From an uncultured Bacilli bacterium (GTDB taxonomy: Bacteria; Bacillota_I; Bacilli_A; RF39; UBA660), in NCBI GenBank assembly GCA_934097105.1, contig CAKONI010000002.1:12006-76005 (forward strand): 64,000 nucleotides of DNA, in the 5' to 3' direction. Of the stretch, positions 54,617 through 64,000 are shown piece after piece. The translations under genes and the position numbers were made by a program. The notes beneath the pieces are model-generated. The model was not told the origin of the DNA, did no database searches, and was given only the letters and a program-made list of their open reading frames with translations. Every line of letters begins with the position of its first letter. Positions within the stretch are counted from its first letter, which is position 1.

Positions 54617-55357
54617 CTACTTATCTTGTTTTTTCTTAATTTCTAAACTATAAAGTTGTTTTACTTCTTTTGGTGTTAGTGTTCTATATTCTCCGGATGG
54701 TAATGATGAAATGTCTAGGAAAGCGAAGTTTTCTCTTTTTAATTTTAGAACTTCGGAACCAATTTTTTCGAACATTTTTTTTACTTGGTGATTTCTTCCT
54801 TCGGTTATGATTACTTCTACTATGCTGGTATCTGTTTTTTTATCATATCTTTTTACTTTGGCTTTACATTTTTTTAGTTTAATATTATCAATGACTAGGC
54901 CTTCTTTTAGACATTTAATTTGGTATGGTGTGATTAGACCTTTTACTTTGGCAATGTATCTTTTGTTTACTTCGTTGGCACTACTTGTAAGAATGTTTGA
55001 AAGAGTTCCATCGTTAGTAAGGATGATGGCTCCGGTTGTGTCATAGTCTAGTCTACCTACTGGGAATATTCTAACGTCTGTTTCTATAAGTGATGTGATT
55101 GTTTTTCTATTTTTATCATCTGATGTGGTACAGACAACGCCTCTTGGTTTGTTTAGTAAATAATAGACTTTTCCGGAGTTTACTAGGAGAACATCATCGA
55201 TGTAGATTTTATCATTATTTTTTACTTTTACGCCGAGTTCTGTTACAACTGAATCATTTACTCTTACCCTACCTTGAGTAATTAATTCTTCTGCTTTTCT
55301 TCTAGATGTATAACCTAAACTTGCTATTTTCTTTTGTAATCTTTCCACTTGTATCAC
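54617..55357 (-). CDS. rRNA pseudouridine synthase (RsuA/RluB family)
   Basis: S4 domain 'RLQKKIASLGYTSRRKAEELITQGRVRVN'. Catalytic block 'VGRLDYDTTGAIILTNDG'. Confidence 0.85.
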   Translation of the reverse strand: MIQVERLQKKIASLGYTSRRKAEELITQGRVRVNDSVVTELGVKVKNNDKIYIDDVLLVNSGKVYYLLNKPRGVVCTTSDDKNRKTITSLIETDVRIFPVGRLDYDTTGAIILTNDGTLSNILTSSANEVNKRYIAKVKGLITPYQIKCLKEGLVIDNIKLKKCKAKVKRYDKKTDTSIVEVIITEGRNHQVKKMFEKIGSEVLKLKRENFAFLDISSLPSGEYRTLTPKEVKQLYSLEIKKKQDK

Positions 55358-55409
55358 CTCAAACTCCTAAAGTATATCATATTTTTATGGACAAATCAAT
55401 CTTTGAGGT

Positions 55410-55877
55410 TTATCTTTTTCTTACTCTATTTAATTTATTTATGGCAGTTTTTACGTGTTTTTTAGTTAGACCACCGTTTTCGAAGTCTGTTTTTATTTGA
55501 TGCTTACTATTAAGTGGTTCGTCGTCTAAGATAATATAGTTTTCTATTTCTTTGTTATTTTTTAGGTATTCTAGGATTTCTTCTATTCTTTTGCCTTTGG
55601 GAGAGCCAGTTATATCATATATTGTTATATCATATTTTTTCAATAGTTTTAGAAATTCTTTGTGGAAGTTTGTGGTTCCTGAAATTGTTTTTTTTTCTTT
55701 TTTTAGGCCGTTTCTCCATGATGAAGATAGAATTATTTTACTATTTGTTTTTGTTATTATTTCTTTCAGGAGCAATAATTTTTCTTTTGATATTTCTATT
55801 TGGTTTTCTTCTTGTTTTTCTAATAGGATGTTTTCATCGTTTAATACTCCGTCTATATCTAAAAATATTGCTTTCAT
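55410..55877 (-). CDS. HAD-superfamily phosphatase-like protein
   Basis: Motif I is 'IFLDIDGVLN', 'ILSSSWR' is present, and the distal acidic motif is 'IILDDE'. The start is ATG 55877 behind AAAGGAAAA. Confidence 0.65.
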   Translation of the reverse strand: MKAIFLDIDGVLNDENILLEKQEENQIEISKEKLLLLKEIITKTNSKIILSSSWRNGLKKEKKTISGTTNFHKEFLKLLKKYDITIYDITGSPKGKRIEEILEYLKNNKEIENYIILDDEPLNSKHQIKTDFENGGLTKKHVKTAINKLNRVRKR

Positions 55878-55978
55878 CTTTTTTCCTTTCTTTATATTCA
55901 TTAATACTTTAGTGTATTATAGGTTATTTTTGGGGAGAAATCAAGAAAATTTAATATAAATTGCATTTAATTATTTCA

Positions 55979-57028
55979 TTAACTAAGTCCTAGAAATCTA
56001 GTAATTTTTTTGAATAAACTTATTTTATTTTCTTTTAAGTAAATATTTTCTTTGTAGATTTCTTTATTATCTAAGTAAACGTGGAGGGTGCCTACTAGGC
56101 CTTTTTTGTTTCCATTAAAGATTACTTTTTTATCTATTTTGTTAATTTCATCTTTGCTTAGTGGATAAGAGAAGTTGTTTTTTATGTAGAGTTTTCCTTT
56201 TAAGTTTGTGCTTGTATTAAAGTTTTTTTTATCAATTATTAAGTAGTTTTTGTAGTTTGAAAAGACTTTTTCATATAAATTGGTATGTTCATTGTAACCG
56301 TAACCGTTTCCTACTGATGCGGTAACTAAATCGAGATCATTATTTGTGGCACTTGAGACTAGGAGGCGTCCTGCTTTTGGAGTGTAGCCTGTTTTTCCTC
56401 CGGTTGCTTTGTCGTACATATTCAAAAGTTTTGTTCTATTTTTGAAGTAGTAACTTTTTTTGTCACTTGTGGTTTTGTATTCTAAAGTGCCTATTATGTT
56501 TTTGAATGTTTGGTTTTTGTAGGCGTAGGAGTATATTTTTGATAAATCGCTTAGGGTTGTATAGTTTTTTTCGTTATCGTCTAGTCCGGTGGGGTTATTG
56601 AATATAGTATTTTTTAGACCTAGATTTTTGACTTTTTCGTTCATGAGTTTGACGAAGTTTGGTACGCTTCCGGAGACGTGTTTGGCAATGGCCATTGCGG
56701 CGTCATTTCCGCTTCTCATTAGAAGTCCGTGTAAGAGATCGATCATTAAAATACTTTCACCTGGTTCTATATAGATGTTGCTGCCATCTACAGTTAGTAT
56801 TTCACTGCCTACTAGGACAACGTCTGTTGGATTGCTGTTTTCAATGGCTACGATTGCGGTCATTATTTTGGTAGTGCTTGCTGGAAGAATGCGTTTGTTT
56901 GAGGTTTTTTCATAGAAAACTCTGCCACTATTTATATCTGATATGACATAGCCAGATAAGGTATCTGCGAGTGCAGTGGGATTTAATAGTAATAAATAAA
57001 GTATAAATAAAAAAAATATCTTTTTCAA
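55979..57028 (-). CDS. D-alanyl-D-alanine carboxypeptidase (low-MW PBP, S11)
   Basis: It has a signal peptide. SxxK is 'ASTTKIMT', SxN is 'RSGNDAA' and KTG is 'GKTGYT'. Confidence 0.85.
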   Translation of the reverse strand: MKKIFFLFILYLLLLNPTALADTLSGYVISDINSGRVFYEKTSNKRILPASTTKIMTAIVAIENSNPTDVVLVGSEILTVDGSNIYIEPGESILMIDLLHGLLMRSGNDAAMAIAKHVSGSVPNFVKLMNEKVKNLGLKNTIFNNPTGLDDNEKNYTTLSDLSKIYSYAYKNQTFKNIIGTLEYKTTSDKKSYYFKNRTKLLNMYDKATGGKTGYTPKAGRLLVSSATNNDLDLVTASVGNGYGYNEHTNLYEKVFSNYKNYLIIDKKNFNTSTNLKGKLYIKNNFSYPLSKDEINKIDKKVIFNGNKKGLVGTLHVYLDNKEIYKENIYLKENKISLFKKITRFLGLS

Positions 57029-57135
57029 AAAACATCACCTAATAATTTATATGTAAAAGAAAAGATAATATTAGTTATTGTGTTTAAGATGAATGGTGTT
57101 TTTTCTTTTGCTTTTTTTATTTTTTTGTGTTAAAA

Positions 57136-57164
57136 AACTACACCCTTTTATTACTGGTGTAGTT
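57136..57164 (-). terminator. rho-independent terminator
   Basis: Stem AACTACACC / GGTGTAGTT (9 bp), followed by TTTTT on the minus strand. Confidence 0.7.
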
Positions 57165-57179
57165 ATTTGAACTTTTTTA

Positions 57180-58253
57180 TTAATTGTTTCCCCTTTTAAT
57201 CCATTTGGGATAATCGTTGTATACTAAGCGCATGAGTCTATAGGTTTCTTTTTTTTCGTGTTCTTCCATTTCAAAGAATTCGTCTATGCTACTAAAAAAT
57301 TGTTCTTTGGCGAGTTTTTCATCGCTTTGAGCATTTACTAAGTAATCATCAATAAGGAATAGTTTACAAATTTCAAAAGGGGTTTCTTCTTTTAAATTAT
57401 AATTTTCATCTAGGTGAGTAAAAAGTTTTTTATATGAAGGAAGCATTTCTAAATATTCATTATTTTTTAAGGCGATTAGTTCTTCATATGAAAATTTTTT
57501 ATATTTGCCTTTTTGTTTTTTATAAAAAAAATAAGCATCTTTTTCGAGGAAAAATTCTATTGAGCAGATGTATAGTTTTCCTTTGTAAACATTAAGATTG
57601 ATTATATCATCTGTTAGGGCTTTTATTTTTAAAGCGTCTAGAATTTCTTCTTTAGAAATATCAAAAAATTCACTTAACATTTTATACATGTCTTTAAAGG
57701 GAATGACTGCGTAGGCTTCGAGCATTCCTATTATTGCATCAATAATTTCATTAAATTTTTTATTATTTTCTAGATTTTTTTTGTCTTTTAGGACATTTTT
57801 TAAGGCATTTGCATATTCTTTGGGGATATAAATAGTAATTTTTTCGTCTTTTTCATTAAAATGAACCTTGGAGAAGGCAAATTCTTTCATGAACATTACG
57901 AATTTTAGTGATGCTTTTGGATTTGATATTGTAAATGTTACAGTGCCTTTTTCTGCGATTTCTTTGATGAATTCTACTTCTTCTGTTTCAAGAATGGTAA
58001 CGTAAAGTTTTAAAATATCTTGAAAGTTTTTGGTTATGTATTCTATTAATTGTTTTTTGGAATTTGTCATTTCTTCTAAGGAAATGATAAAATTATTGTC
58101 TTTTTCTTTGATGATATATGGTGTGATGAAATTTGATAGTTTTTGGTTATCGAAACTATTTAGAAATTCATCTAGTCCTTCTTTAGTTTTAATAATGGCA
58201 TTATCTTCAAGTAATATGCTTTGAAGTAATACATTATTTAGTTTTTCTAACAT
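57180..58253 (-). CDS. hypothetical protein (357 aa)
   Basis: Long clean ORF behind the RBS AAAGGAGGAAG. No motif recognised. Confidence 0.5.
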   Translation of the reverse strand: MLEKLNNVLLQSILLEDNAIIKTKEGLDEFLNSFDNQKLSNFITPYIIKEKDNNFIISLEEMTNSKKQLIEYITKNFQDILKLYVTILETEEVEFIKEIAEKGTVTFTISNPKASLKFVMFMKEFAFSKVHFNEKDEKITIYIPKEYANALKNVLKDKKNLENNKKFNEIIDAIIGMLEAYAVIPFKDMYKMLSEFFDISKEEILDALKIKALTDDIINLNVYKGKLYICSIEFFLEKDAYFFYKKQKGKYKKFSYEELIALKNNEYLEMLPSYKKLFTHLDENYNLKEETPFEICKLFLIDDYLVNAQSDEKLAKEQFFSSIDEFFEMEEHEKKETYRLMRLVYNDYPKWIKRGNN

Positions 58254-58374
58254 ACTTCCTCCTTTAGTATTTAAAGTATACTATGAATGTAAGAAAAACA
58301 CAACAACAATGGCATTTTTTTGGGAAGAAAAAGTAAATAATTTTTTTTATTGCTTAATACGTTTCTTTTTATAG

Positions 58375-58399
58375 AAAAAAAGAGCCCTTTTTGGGCTTT
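58375..58399 (-). terminator. terminator after topA
   Basis: On the minus strand: AGCCC-AAAAA-GGGCT, then CTTTTTTT. Confidence 0.6.
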
Positions 58400-58404
58400 A
58401 TAGG

Positions 58405-60450
58405 TTATTCATTTTCTTTGATATAGTCACATTTGGAACATTTTAGACCATTTTTTGTTTCGAGAAGAATGTTGCTACATTCTGGGCAGGTTTGGGTTGT
58501 TGGTTTGTCCCAGTAGGCAGTTTTGCATTTAGGGAATCTGTTGCAACCGTAGAAGATTTTTCCTCTTTTTGTTTTTCTTTCTATGATCATTCCTTCGCAG
58601 TTTGGACATTTACATACTTCTATTTGTTTTTGTTCTTCTTTTTTTACATATTTACATTCTGGATAGTTTGAGCAAGCAACGAATTCTCCGTATTTACCTT
58701 TTCTAATAACTAGTGGTTTGCCACATTCTGGACAAGATTCTCCAGTTTCTTTTGGGGCTTCTTTATCCATGCCTTTAAAGGCTTCTTCTACTAGTTTTTC
58801 GAATCCTTCGTAGAATTCTCCTAGTACTTTATTCCATACTCTTTCGCCATCGGCGATTTTATCAAGATCTTCTTCCATATTTCTTGTGTATTCAACGTTT
58901 ATTATGTTGGAGAAGAATTCTTGGAGTTTATCTGTTGTAATGGTTCCTATTTCTGTTGGGTAGAACTTTTTATCTTCTAGTTTGATATATCCTCTTTCTT
59001 TTAGGGTATCAATTATTTTAACGTATGTACTAGGTCTACCGATTCCTAACTCTTCTAGTTCTTTTATAAGTTTTGCTTCGGTATATCTAGGTTTTGGCTT
59101 TGTGAAATGTTGTTCGTCAAGGATTTCATTACAAGTAATTATTTCATTAATTTTGTCTTCTAAATTTGGTAAAATTTTGTCTTCACTGCTTTCGTAAGAA
59201 CCATATGTTTTTAAGTATCCATCGAATGTGATTACACTTCCTGTTATTTTAAATCTGTAATCGTTGTTGTCTAGGATGATGGTAGTTTGCATTGTGTTTG
59301 CATCTTTCATTAGTGATGATAAAGCGCGGTAGTAGATTAGTTTATATAATTTGTATTCATCTTCGCTTAAGAATTTTTTCATTTTTTCTGGGGTGTTGTT
59401 AATATTTGTTGGTCTAATACCTTCGTGGGCATCTTGTACGTTTGTGTTTTCTTTACTGGTTTTTACGTATCCTACATATTCTTTACCGTATGTTTTTTCT
59501 ATGTAAGCATAGCAACTTTTTACAAATTCATCACTAAGTCTTATAGAGTCTGTTCTCATGTACGTGATAAGCCCTGTTCTTTCTTCGTCTGTGTCAATAC
59601 CTTCATATAGTTTTTGAGCAAGTGTCATGGTTTTTTTACCTGAGAAGTTAAGTCTTGTGGATGCTGTTTGTTGTAAGGTTGAGGTTGTAAAAGGTGGTTT
59701 TGCTTTTTTATTTTTTTTCTTTTTTTCTATGTTATAGATGGTAAAATCTTTTGATAGTTTAGACATGATTTCGTTTTTTAGTGATGCTGATTTTATCTCA
59801 ATGTTGTCATCTTTGTAGGCGAATAGTTCTGCGTCAAAGTCATCAAAAATACCTGTTATAGTATAGTATTCTTCTGGTATGAAAGAAAGTATTTCTCTTT
59901 CGCGGTCTACGATTAGTTTTAAGGCTACTGATTGTACTCTTCCGGCACTTTTTCCTCCGGTTTTTGATTGCATTAGTTTTGATAATCTAAAGCCTATAAT
60001 TCTATCTAAAATTCTTCTAGTTTCTTGTGATTTTACTAAATTATCGTCTATTTTTCTAGGGGTTTTAAAGGCATCGAGTATTTTGTTTTTGGTAATTTCA
60101 TTAAAAACTATTCTATCATAATTATTGTCATTTAAGCCTAGAGCATCTTTTAAGTGCCATGCGATTGCTTCTCCTTCGCGATCTGGATCGGATGCAAGAT
60201 AGACTTTATCTGATTCTTTGGCCATTTTTTTTAATTCAGTAATTGTGCTTTTTTTCCCTTTTATTGGAGCGTAGTTTGGTTTGAAACCATCGTCTACGTC
60301 TACACCAAAACCGAATTTTCCTGTTGTTGTAAGGTCTCTAATGTGTCCTTTTGAAGATACAACTTTATAGTCACTGCCTAAGTATTTTTCAATTGTTTTA
60401 CTCTTACTTGGAGATTCCACGATTACTAAATTTTTACTCACTAATATCAC
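58405..60450 (-). CDS. topA: DNA topoisomerase I
   Basis: Toprim 'LVIVESPSKSKTIEKYLG' and 'ASDPDREGEAIAWH'. The active-site region is 'GLITYMRTDS'. There are three C-terminal CxxC zinc ribbons. The true start may be GTG 60441. Confidence 0.9.
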   Translation of the reverse strand: MILVSKNLVIVESPSKSKTIEKYLGSDYKVVSSKGHIRDLTTTGKFGFGVDVDDGFKPNYAPIKGKKSTITELKKMAKESDKVYLASDPDREGEAIAWHLKDALGLNDNNYDRIVFNEITKNKILDAFKTPRKIDDNLVKSQETRRILDRIIGFRLSKLMQSKTGGKSAGRVQSVALKLIVDREREILSFIPEEYYTITGIFDDFDAELFAYKDDNIEIKSASLKNEIMSKLSKDFTIYNIEKKKKNKKAKPPFTTSTLQQTASTRLNFSGKKTMTLAQKLYEGIDTDEERTGLITYMRTDSIRLSDEFVKSCYAYIEKTYGKEYVGYVKTSKENTNVQDAHEGIRPTNINNTPEKMKKFLSEDEYKLYKLIYYRALSSLMKDANTMQTTIILDNNDYRFKITGSVITFDGYLKTYGSYESSEDKILPNLEDKINEIITCNEILDEQHFTKPKPRYTEAKLIKELEELGIGRPSTYVKIIDTLKERGYIKLEDKKFYPTEIGTITTDKLQEFFSNIINVEYTRNMEEDLDKIADGERVWNKVLGEFYEGFEKLVEEAFKGMDKEAPKETGESCPECGKPLVIRKGKYGEFVACSNYPECKYVKKEEQKQIEVCKCPNCEGMIIERKTKRGKIFYGCNRFPKCKTAYWDKPTTQTCPECSNILLETKNGLKCSKCDYIKENE

Positions 60451-60767
60451 GTCCCTTGTTTAAATTTATAACTTATATTTAACATTATGTCAAGTTTTTT
60501 GTTTTAGTTTGCGATTTTTGTTTGTATTGGATGTTTTTTTATTATTAATATATATATTTTTATATATAATTTAGATTTTTATTTTAGCAAAATAAAGAAT
60601 TAGAGTCTTTCTAATTCATTTTTTATCCTTGTTTATAGAGCAGGTTTCACTTGCTTTTTTAGTTACCATTTTGGCTGGTTTTGACTTGCATTTTATGTAA
60701 TATAATTATTTATTGCACTAATTTATAACACAAAATAAATAAAAGTCTAGTTTTTTGTTTTTTTAGT

Positions 60768-62048
60768 TTAATTTAATTTTATTTTTTCTTTACCGCCCAT
60801 ATAAGGTCTTAAAACTTCTGGAATTTTTATGTAACCATCTTCGGTTAAATTGTTTTCTAAAAATGCTATTAAGGCTCTGGTGCTTGCTAGGACTGTGTTG
60901 TTTAATGTGTGAGGGTAATATTTATCTTTACCTTTTACTCTTATTCCAAGTCTTCTTGCTTGAGCGTCTCCAAGGGTTGAGCATGAACCTACTTCAAAGT
61001 ATTTTTGTTGTCTTGGGCTCCAAGCTTCGACGTCACATGATTTTACTTTTAGGTCTGCTAAATCTCCAGAGCAGCATTCAAGGGTTCTTACAGGAATATT
61101 TAAATTTCTAAAGATTTCTACTGTGTACTTCCACATTTTATTGTACCAATCCATACTGTCTTTTGGATTGCAGATTACGATCATTTCTTGTTTTTCGAAT
61201 TGGTGAACTCTGTAAATGCCTCTTTCTTCGATGCCATGGGCGCCGACTTCTTTTCTGAAACATGGTGAGTATGATGTCATGGTGATTGGAAGTGATTCTT
61301 CTTTTATTATTTGATTTTTAAATTTTCCTATCATTGAGTGTTCGCTTGTTCCGATTAGGTAAAGATTTTCTCCTTCAATTTTGTACATCATTGCATCCAT
61401 TTCTTCGAATGACATGACTCCAGTTACTACGTCGCTTTTTATCATGAATGGTGGGATTGCATAGATGAAACCTTTTTCTATCATATAGTCTCTAGCGTAG
61501 TTTAACATTGCTGTAGAAAGTCTTGCTCCGTCTCCAAGGAGGTAGTAAAAACCGTTGCCACTGGTTCTGCCGCTGGATTCTTTATCTAGTCCATTCATTC
61601 TTTCTAGAATATCGGCATGATATGGTATTTCATAATCTGGAACTTTATTTTCTCCAAATTTTTCTATTTCTACGTTGTAATTGTCATTTTCTCCGATTGG
61701 TACGCTTGGATCTATAATATTAGGTATTTTCATCATGATTTCTTTAATTTTAATATTTAGTTTTTCTTCTTCTTTTTCTAATGTTTCAAGTTTATTATTA
61801 ATTTCACTTACTTCTTTTTTTATTTGTTCTACTTCTTCTAGTTGTTTTTCTTTTATTAGTTTTCCTATTTTGTTACTTTTTTCGTTTCTTTCTTTTCTTA
61901 GATTGTCTCCTTCTAGTTTTAGTTTTCTTACGTTTTCATCAAGGGTAAATACTTCGTCTACTAAGGGAAGTTTTTCGTCTTGGAATTTTTTTTTGATGTT
62001 TTCTTTTACTAGTTCTTTGCTTTCTCTAATTAATTTAATGTCTATCAT
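60768..62048 (-). CDS. serS: serine--tRNA ligase
   Basis: 'MIDIKLIRE', an N-terminal coiled-coil arm, and class II motifs 'FRKEVGAHG..RGIYRVHQF' and 'GSCS'. Confidence 0.9.
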   Translation of the reverse strand: MIDIKLIRESKELVKENIKKKFQDEKLPLVDEVFTLDENVRKLKLEGDNLRKERNEKSNKIGKLIKEKQLEEVEQIKKEVSEINNKLETLEKEEEKLNIKIKEIMMKIPNIIDPSVPIGENDNYNVEIEKFGENKVPDYEIPYHADILERMNGLDKESSGRTSGNGFYYLLGDGARLSTAMLNYARDYMIEKGFIYAIPPFMIKSDVVTGVMSFEEMDAMMYKIEGENLYLIGTSEHSMIGKFKNQIIKEESLPITMTSYSPCFRKEVGAHGIEERGIYRVHQFEKQEMIVICNPKDSMDWYNKMWKYTVEIFRNLNIPVRTLECCSGDLADLKVKSCDVEAWSPRQQKYFEVGSCSTLGDAQARRLGIRVKGKDKYYPHTLNNTVLASTRALIAFLENNLTEDGYIKIPEVLRPYMGGKEKIKLN

Positions 62049-62051
62049 ATA

Positions 62052-62255
62052 ATTTCTCCTTTTCTATATAAAAAGGATGGTAAGGAGTCTTAGAGACGGT
62101 ACCACCCTTTGTTTTACTTGTTTTATAACGGTTTTATCCGGAAATGATTAATTTCTCTCTAGAGTAGATTCGTAAAATATTTATTATTAGTTTCCATCGA
62201 CCACTAACTTTCTATGAATAAATTATTTTATTACTAGTCTCTTTCAACGAGTTAC
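62052..62255 (-). promoter_or_regulatory. T-box riboswitch leader of serS (probable UCU specifier)
   Basis: The minus strand contains the T-box sequence AAAGGGTGGTACCGTC (plus 62096-62110). A terminator follows: GGGTGGTA...TACCATCC plus TTTTT. The stem I start has AGAGA and AGTA. 'GAA-TCT-A' lies in specifier position (62166-62168). Confidence 0.8.
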
Positions 62256-62261
62256 ATATTA

Positions 62262-62290
62262 ATAGTATCATAAAATGCTTGAAATGTAAA
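62262..62290 (-). promoter_or_regulatory. candidate sigma-A promoter of the serS leader
   Basis: On the minus strand: TTTACA, a 17-nt spacer, then TACTAT with TG upstream. Confidence 0.5.
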
Positions 62291-62448
62291 TTAAATTATT
62301 ATATTGTTACTTAAAATATATAAAATGATACTGATATTATATGTACTTATTGTTATTTATTTGGTAAACTCAGAGTGTGTTTTATTGATTAATGTCTTGT
62401 TTTATGGTATCATTATTTTGTAATTAAATTAAAGAAAGAATTGGTTGT

Positions 62449-63114
62449 ATGAATTTTGAATATATTTTTTTATTAATTTTTTTATATAGTTTCTTAGGAT
62501 ATATTGTGGAAATGATTTTTTGCTTTATTGTTGACAAGGAACTTACTAATCGTGGATATTTAATTGGTCCGCTTTGTCCGATTTATGGAGTTGGTGCGAC
62601 TTTAATATTTTTGCTTTTAAATAGTTTGAATGGTCATCCTGTTATGATATTTTTTCTTTCTATGTGTATTTGTTTTGTTGTTGAGTATTTAACTAGTTAC
62701 ATATTGGAAAAGGTATTTTATAAGAATAAGTGGTGGGATTATTCTGGTATGAAGTTTAATGTTAGTGGAAGAGTTTATCTTCCGTATTGTATTGCTTTTG
62801 GTGTATTTGGGGTACTTGTTGTTTCTTTTATTAATCCTTTGTTTACTAAATTAATTGATTATTTTGGAGATTATTTACATATTATTAGTGCAGTTATACT
62901 TATTTTGTTTATAGTGGATTTTAGTTATTCGACTTATATTAATTTAAATCTTAAGAAGTATTTGGCTAATAAGAGGATCCCAAAAGATTTAAAGAATTAT
63001 TTAAAGAATCATGAGGTTACTACTAAACTTTATACGAGAATAATTAAGAGTTTTTCTAATCTTAAAAGTAGTTATAAGAGTATATTAAAAGTTTTTACAT
63101 CAATTAGGAAGTGA
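62449..63114 (+). CDS. polytopic membrane protein (CmpB/DUF1113-like 'putative ABC transporter permease' family)
   Basis: 'FLGYIVEMIFCFIVDKELTNRGYLIGPLCPIYGVGA' matches the family N-terminus as I recall it. Confidence 0.55.
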   Translation: MNFEYIFLLIFLYSFLGYIVEMIFCFIVDKELTNRGYLIGPLCPIYGVGATLIFLLLNSLNGHPVMIFFLSMCICFVVEYLTSYILEKVFYKNKWWDYSGMKFNVSGRVYLPYCIAFGVFGVLVVSFINPLFTKLIDYFGDYLHIISAVILILFIVDFSYSTYINLNLKKYLANKRIPKDLKNYLKNHEVTTKLYTRIIKSFSNLKSSYKSILKVFTSIRK

Positions 63115-63121
63115 GGTTTAT

Positions 63122-63616
63122 ATGAATAAGTATGATAAAGAGTTTATTGAAATTATTAGTCCTATTGTGAATGCGGATGAATATATAAAGAGAAAGAGCA
63201 TGCTTCATCATGAAGATCAGAGTGTTTATGATCATTCTTTGAAAGTGGCTTATAGGGCGTATAAAATTTCTAAGTTTTTTAATGTTAATATAAATAATTG
63301 TGTTATTGCTGCTCTTCTTCATGATTTTTATAAGAAGTCTTGGATTGATGATCCTGTTAAAAAGTCTTTTTTTCAGAAACATGGTTTTGTTCATGCTAGA
63401 GAGGCTTTGGATAATTCTAGGGTTCATTTTAAGGACTATCTTAATGATAGAATAGAAAATGCTATACTTAGGCATATGTTTCCTCTTAATATAGTGCCTC
63501 CGAAGTATAAAGAGGGATGGATACTTACTTTGTCTGATAAGATGGTTTCTATTGGTGAAATTAAAAGACTTAGTTTTGTTTTGCTCCTTTTGGGATTTAA
63601 TAAGAAGGATAATTGA
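63122..63616 (+). CDS. HD-domain phosphohydrolase
   Basis: 'HHEDQSVYDHSLKVA' and 'AALLHDFYK' give the H...HD...D pattern. Confidence 0.75.
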   Translation: MNKYDKEFIEIISPIVNADEYIKRKSMLHHEDQSVYDHSLKVAYRAYKISKFFNVNINNCVIAALLHDFYKKSWIDDPVKKSFFQKHGFVHAREALDNSRVHFKDYLNDRIENAILRHMFPLNIVPPKYKEGWILTLSDKMVSIGEIKRLSFVLLLLGFNKKDN

Positions 63617-63618
63617 TT

Positions 63619-64000
63619 ATGAAGAATATTAAATTGAAAAGTGCTTTGGTTTTTATAATTACTGTATTAATATTGCTTTTTCTTTTGAAAGATAATTTTT
63701 CATTAATTGTTAAGGAGATTTGTGATATTAATATTTTGTTTTTTATTATATGTCTTGTTTTGTATGCGTTATACTTTTTTGTGGATAGTTTGGTTCTTTT
63801 TATTTTGACTAGGACTTATAAAAAAGATATTAAGATTAAAAAAATACTTAAGATGGGAATTGAGACTAAGTTTTTTAATGGTATTACTCCTTTGGCTAGT
63901 GGAGGACAGCCTTGGCAGGTGTATAAACTTGGTAAGGAGAATATAAAATATGTTGATGGTGCGAGTATTGTTTCTCAGAATTATTTACTTTTTCAGATTG
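63619..64000 (+). CDS. flippase-like/LPG-synthase TM-domain (UPF0104) membrane protein, 5' partial at window edge
   Basis: ATG 63619, TM-rich, contains 'GITPLASGGQPWQVY'. The ORF runs off the window. Confidence 0.6.
   Translation, partial: MKNIKLKSALVFIITVLILLFLLKDNFSLIVKEICDINILFFIICLVLYALYFFVDSLVLFILTRTYKKDIKIKKILKMGIETKFFNGITPLASGGQPWQVYKLGKENIKYVDGASIVSQNYLLFQI

Noticed and set aside
60465-60493. TTGACA-17-TATAAA promoter for topA
   Set aside because: The motif is good, but the predicted TSS falls on the SD of the annotated start. I did not call it as a feature until the topA start (60450 versus 60441) and the TSS are resolved.
60597-60662. Two plus-strand hairpin/T-run structures between topA and serS considered as the 3' end of a small RNA
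   Set aside because: I found no convincing plus-strand promoter. The first hairpin is symmetric and can serve as the serS terminator on the minus strand. The evidence is insufficient without expression data.

Overview
Visibly AT-rich, Firmicutes-type chromosomal segment from an apparent spore former. The evidence for sporulation is a gerA-type A-C-B germination operon behind a forespore-type promoter, ylbJ, and two tiny YjcZ-like peptides. The standard genetic code fits. About 60 credible CDSs lie mostly on the minus strand; the many Leu/Phe-rich plus-strand ORFs in the track are antisense artefacts. Housekeeping genes include murC, pyk, topA, serS (behind a T-box leader), rpoZ, recX, prsA, an rluB-like gene, a DD-carboxypeptidase, one tRNA-Met and a MarR-controlled heterodimeric ABC exporter. 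I saw no rRNA gene and no CRISPR array. Main leads: (1) A NitT/TauT-type ABC-importer ATPase gene is cut inside its signature motif by a ~5.9-kb element. The element encodes a large serine recombinase, and attL/attR, an attP-like palindrome and an intact attB/ORF can all be reconstructed by eye. Its cargo is a collagen-like BclA/tail-fibre-type protein, two zinc-ribbon membrane proteins (one fused to a PrsW protease) and a RhuM-Fic/DOC gene carrying two in-frame stops. (2) A large accessory surface-protein repertoire (about 14.2-16.8, 21.0-30.5, 32.9-35.5 and 41.0-42.4 kb) is built from shuffled modules. Three members end in non-LPXTG sorting signals, and an ECF-like sigma cassette sits next to one member. 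(3) Sequence-conserved palindromic terminators occur as direct repeats bracketing small cassettes. (4) A four-gene operon combines a CAT-fold acyltransferase, an acyl-AMP ligase and an ornithine-racemase-like enzyme. (5) An orphan GspE/PilB-type ATPase carries a ~270-aa Asn-rich tail. All functional calls rest on motifs read by eye; no database search was possible.
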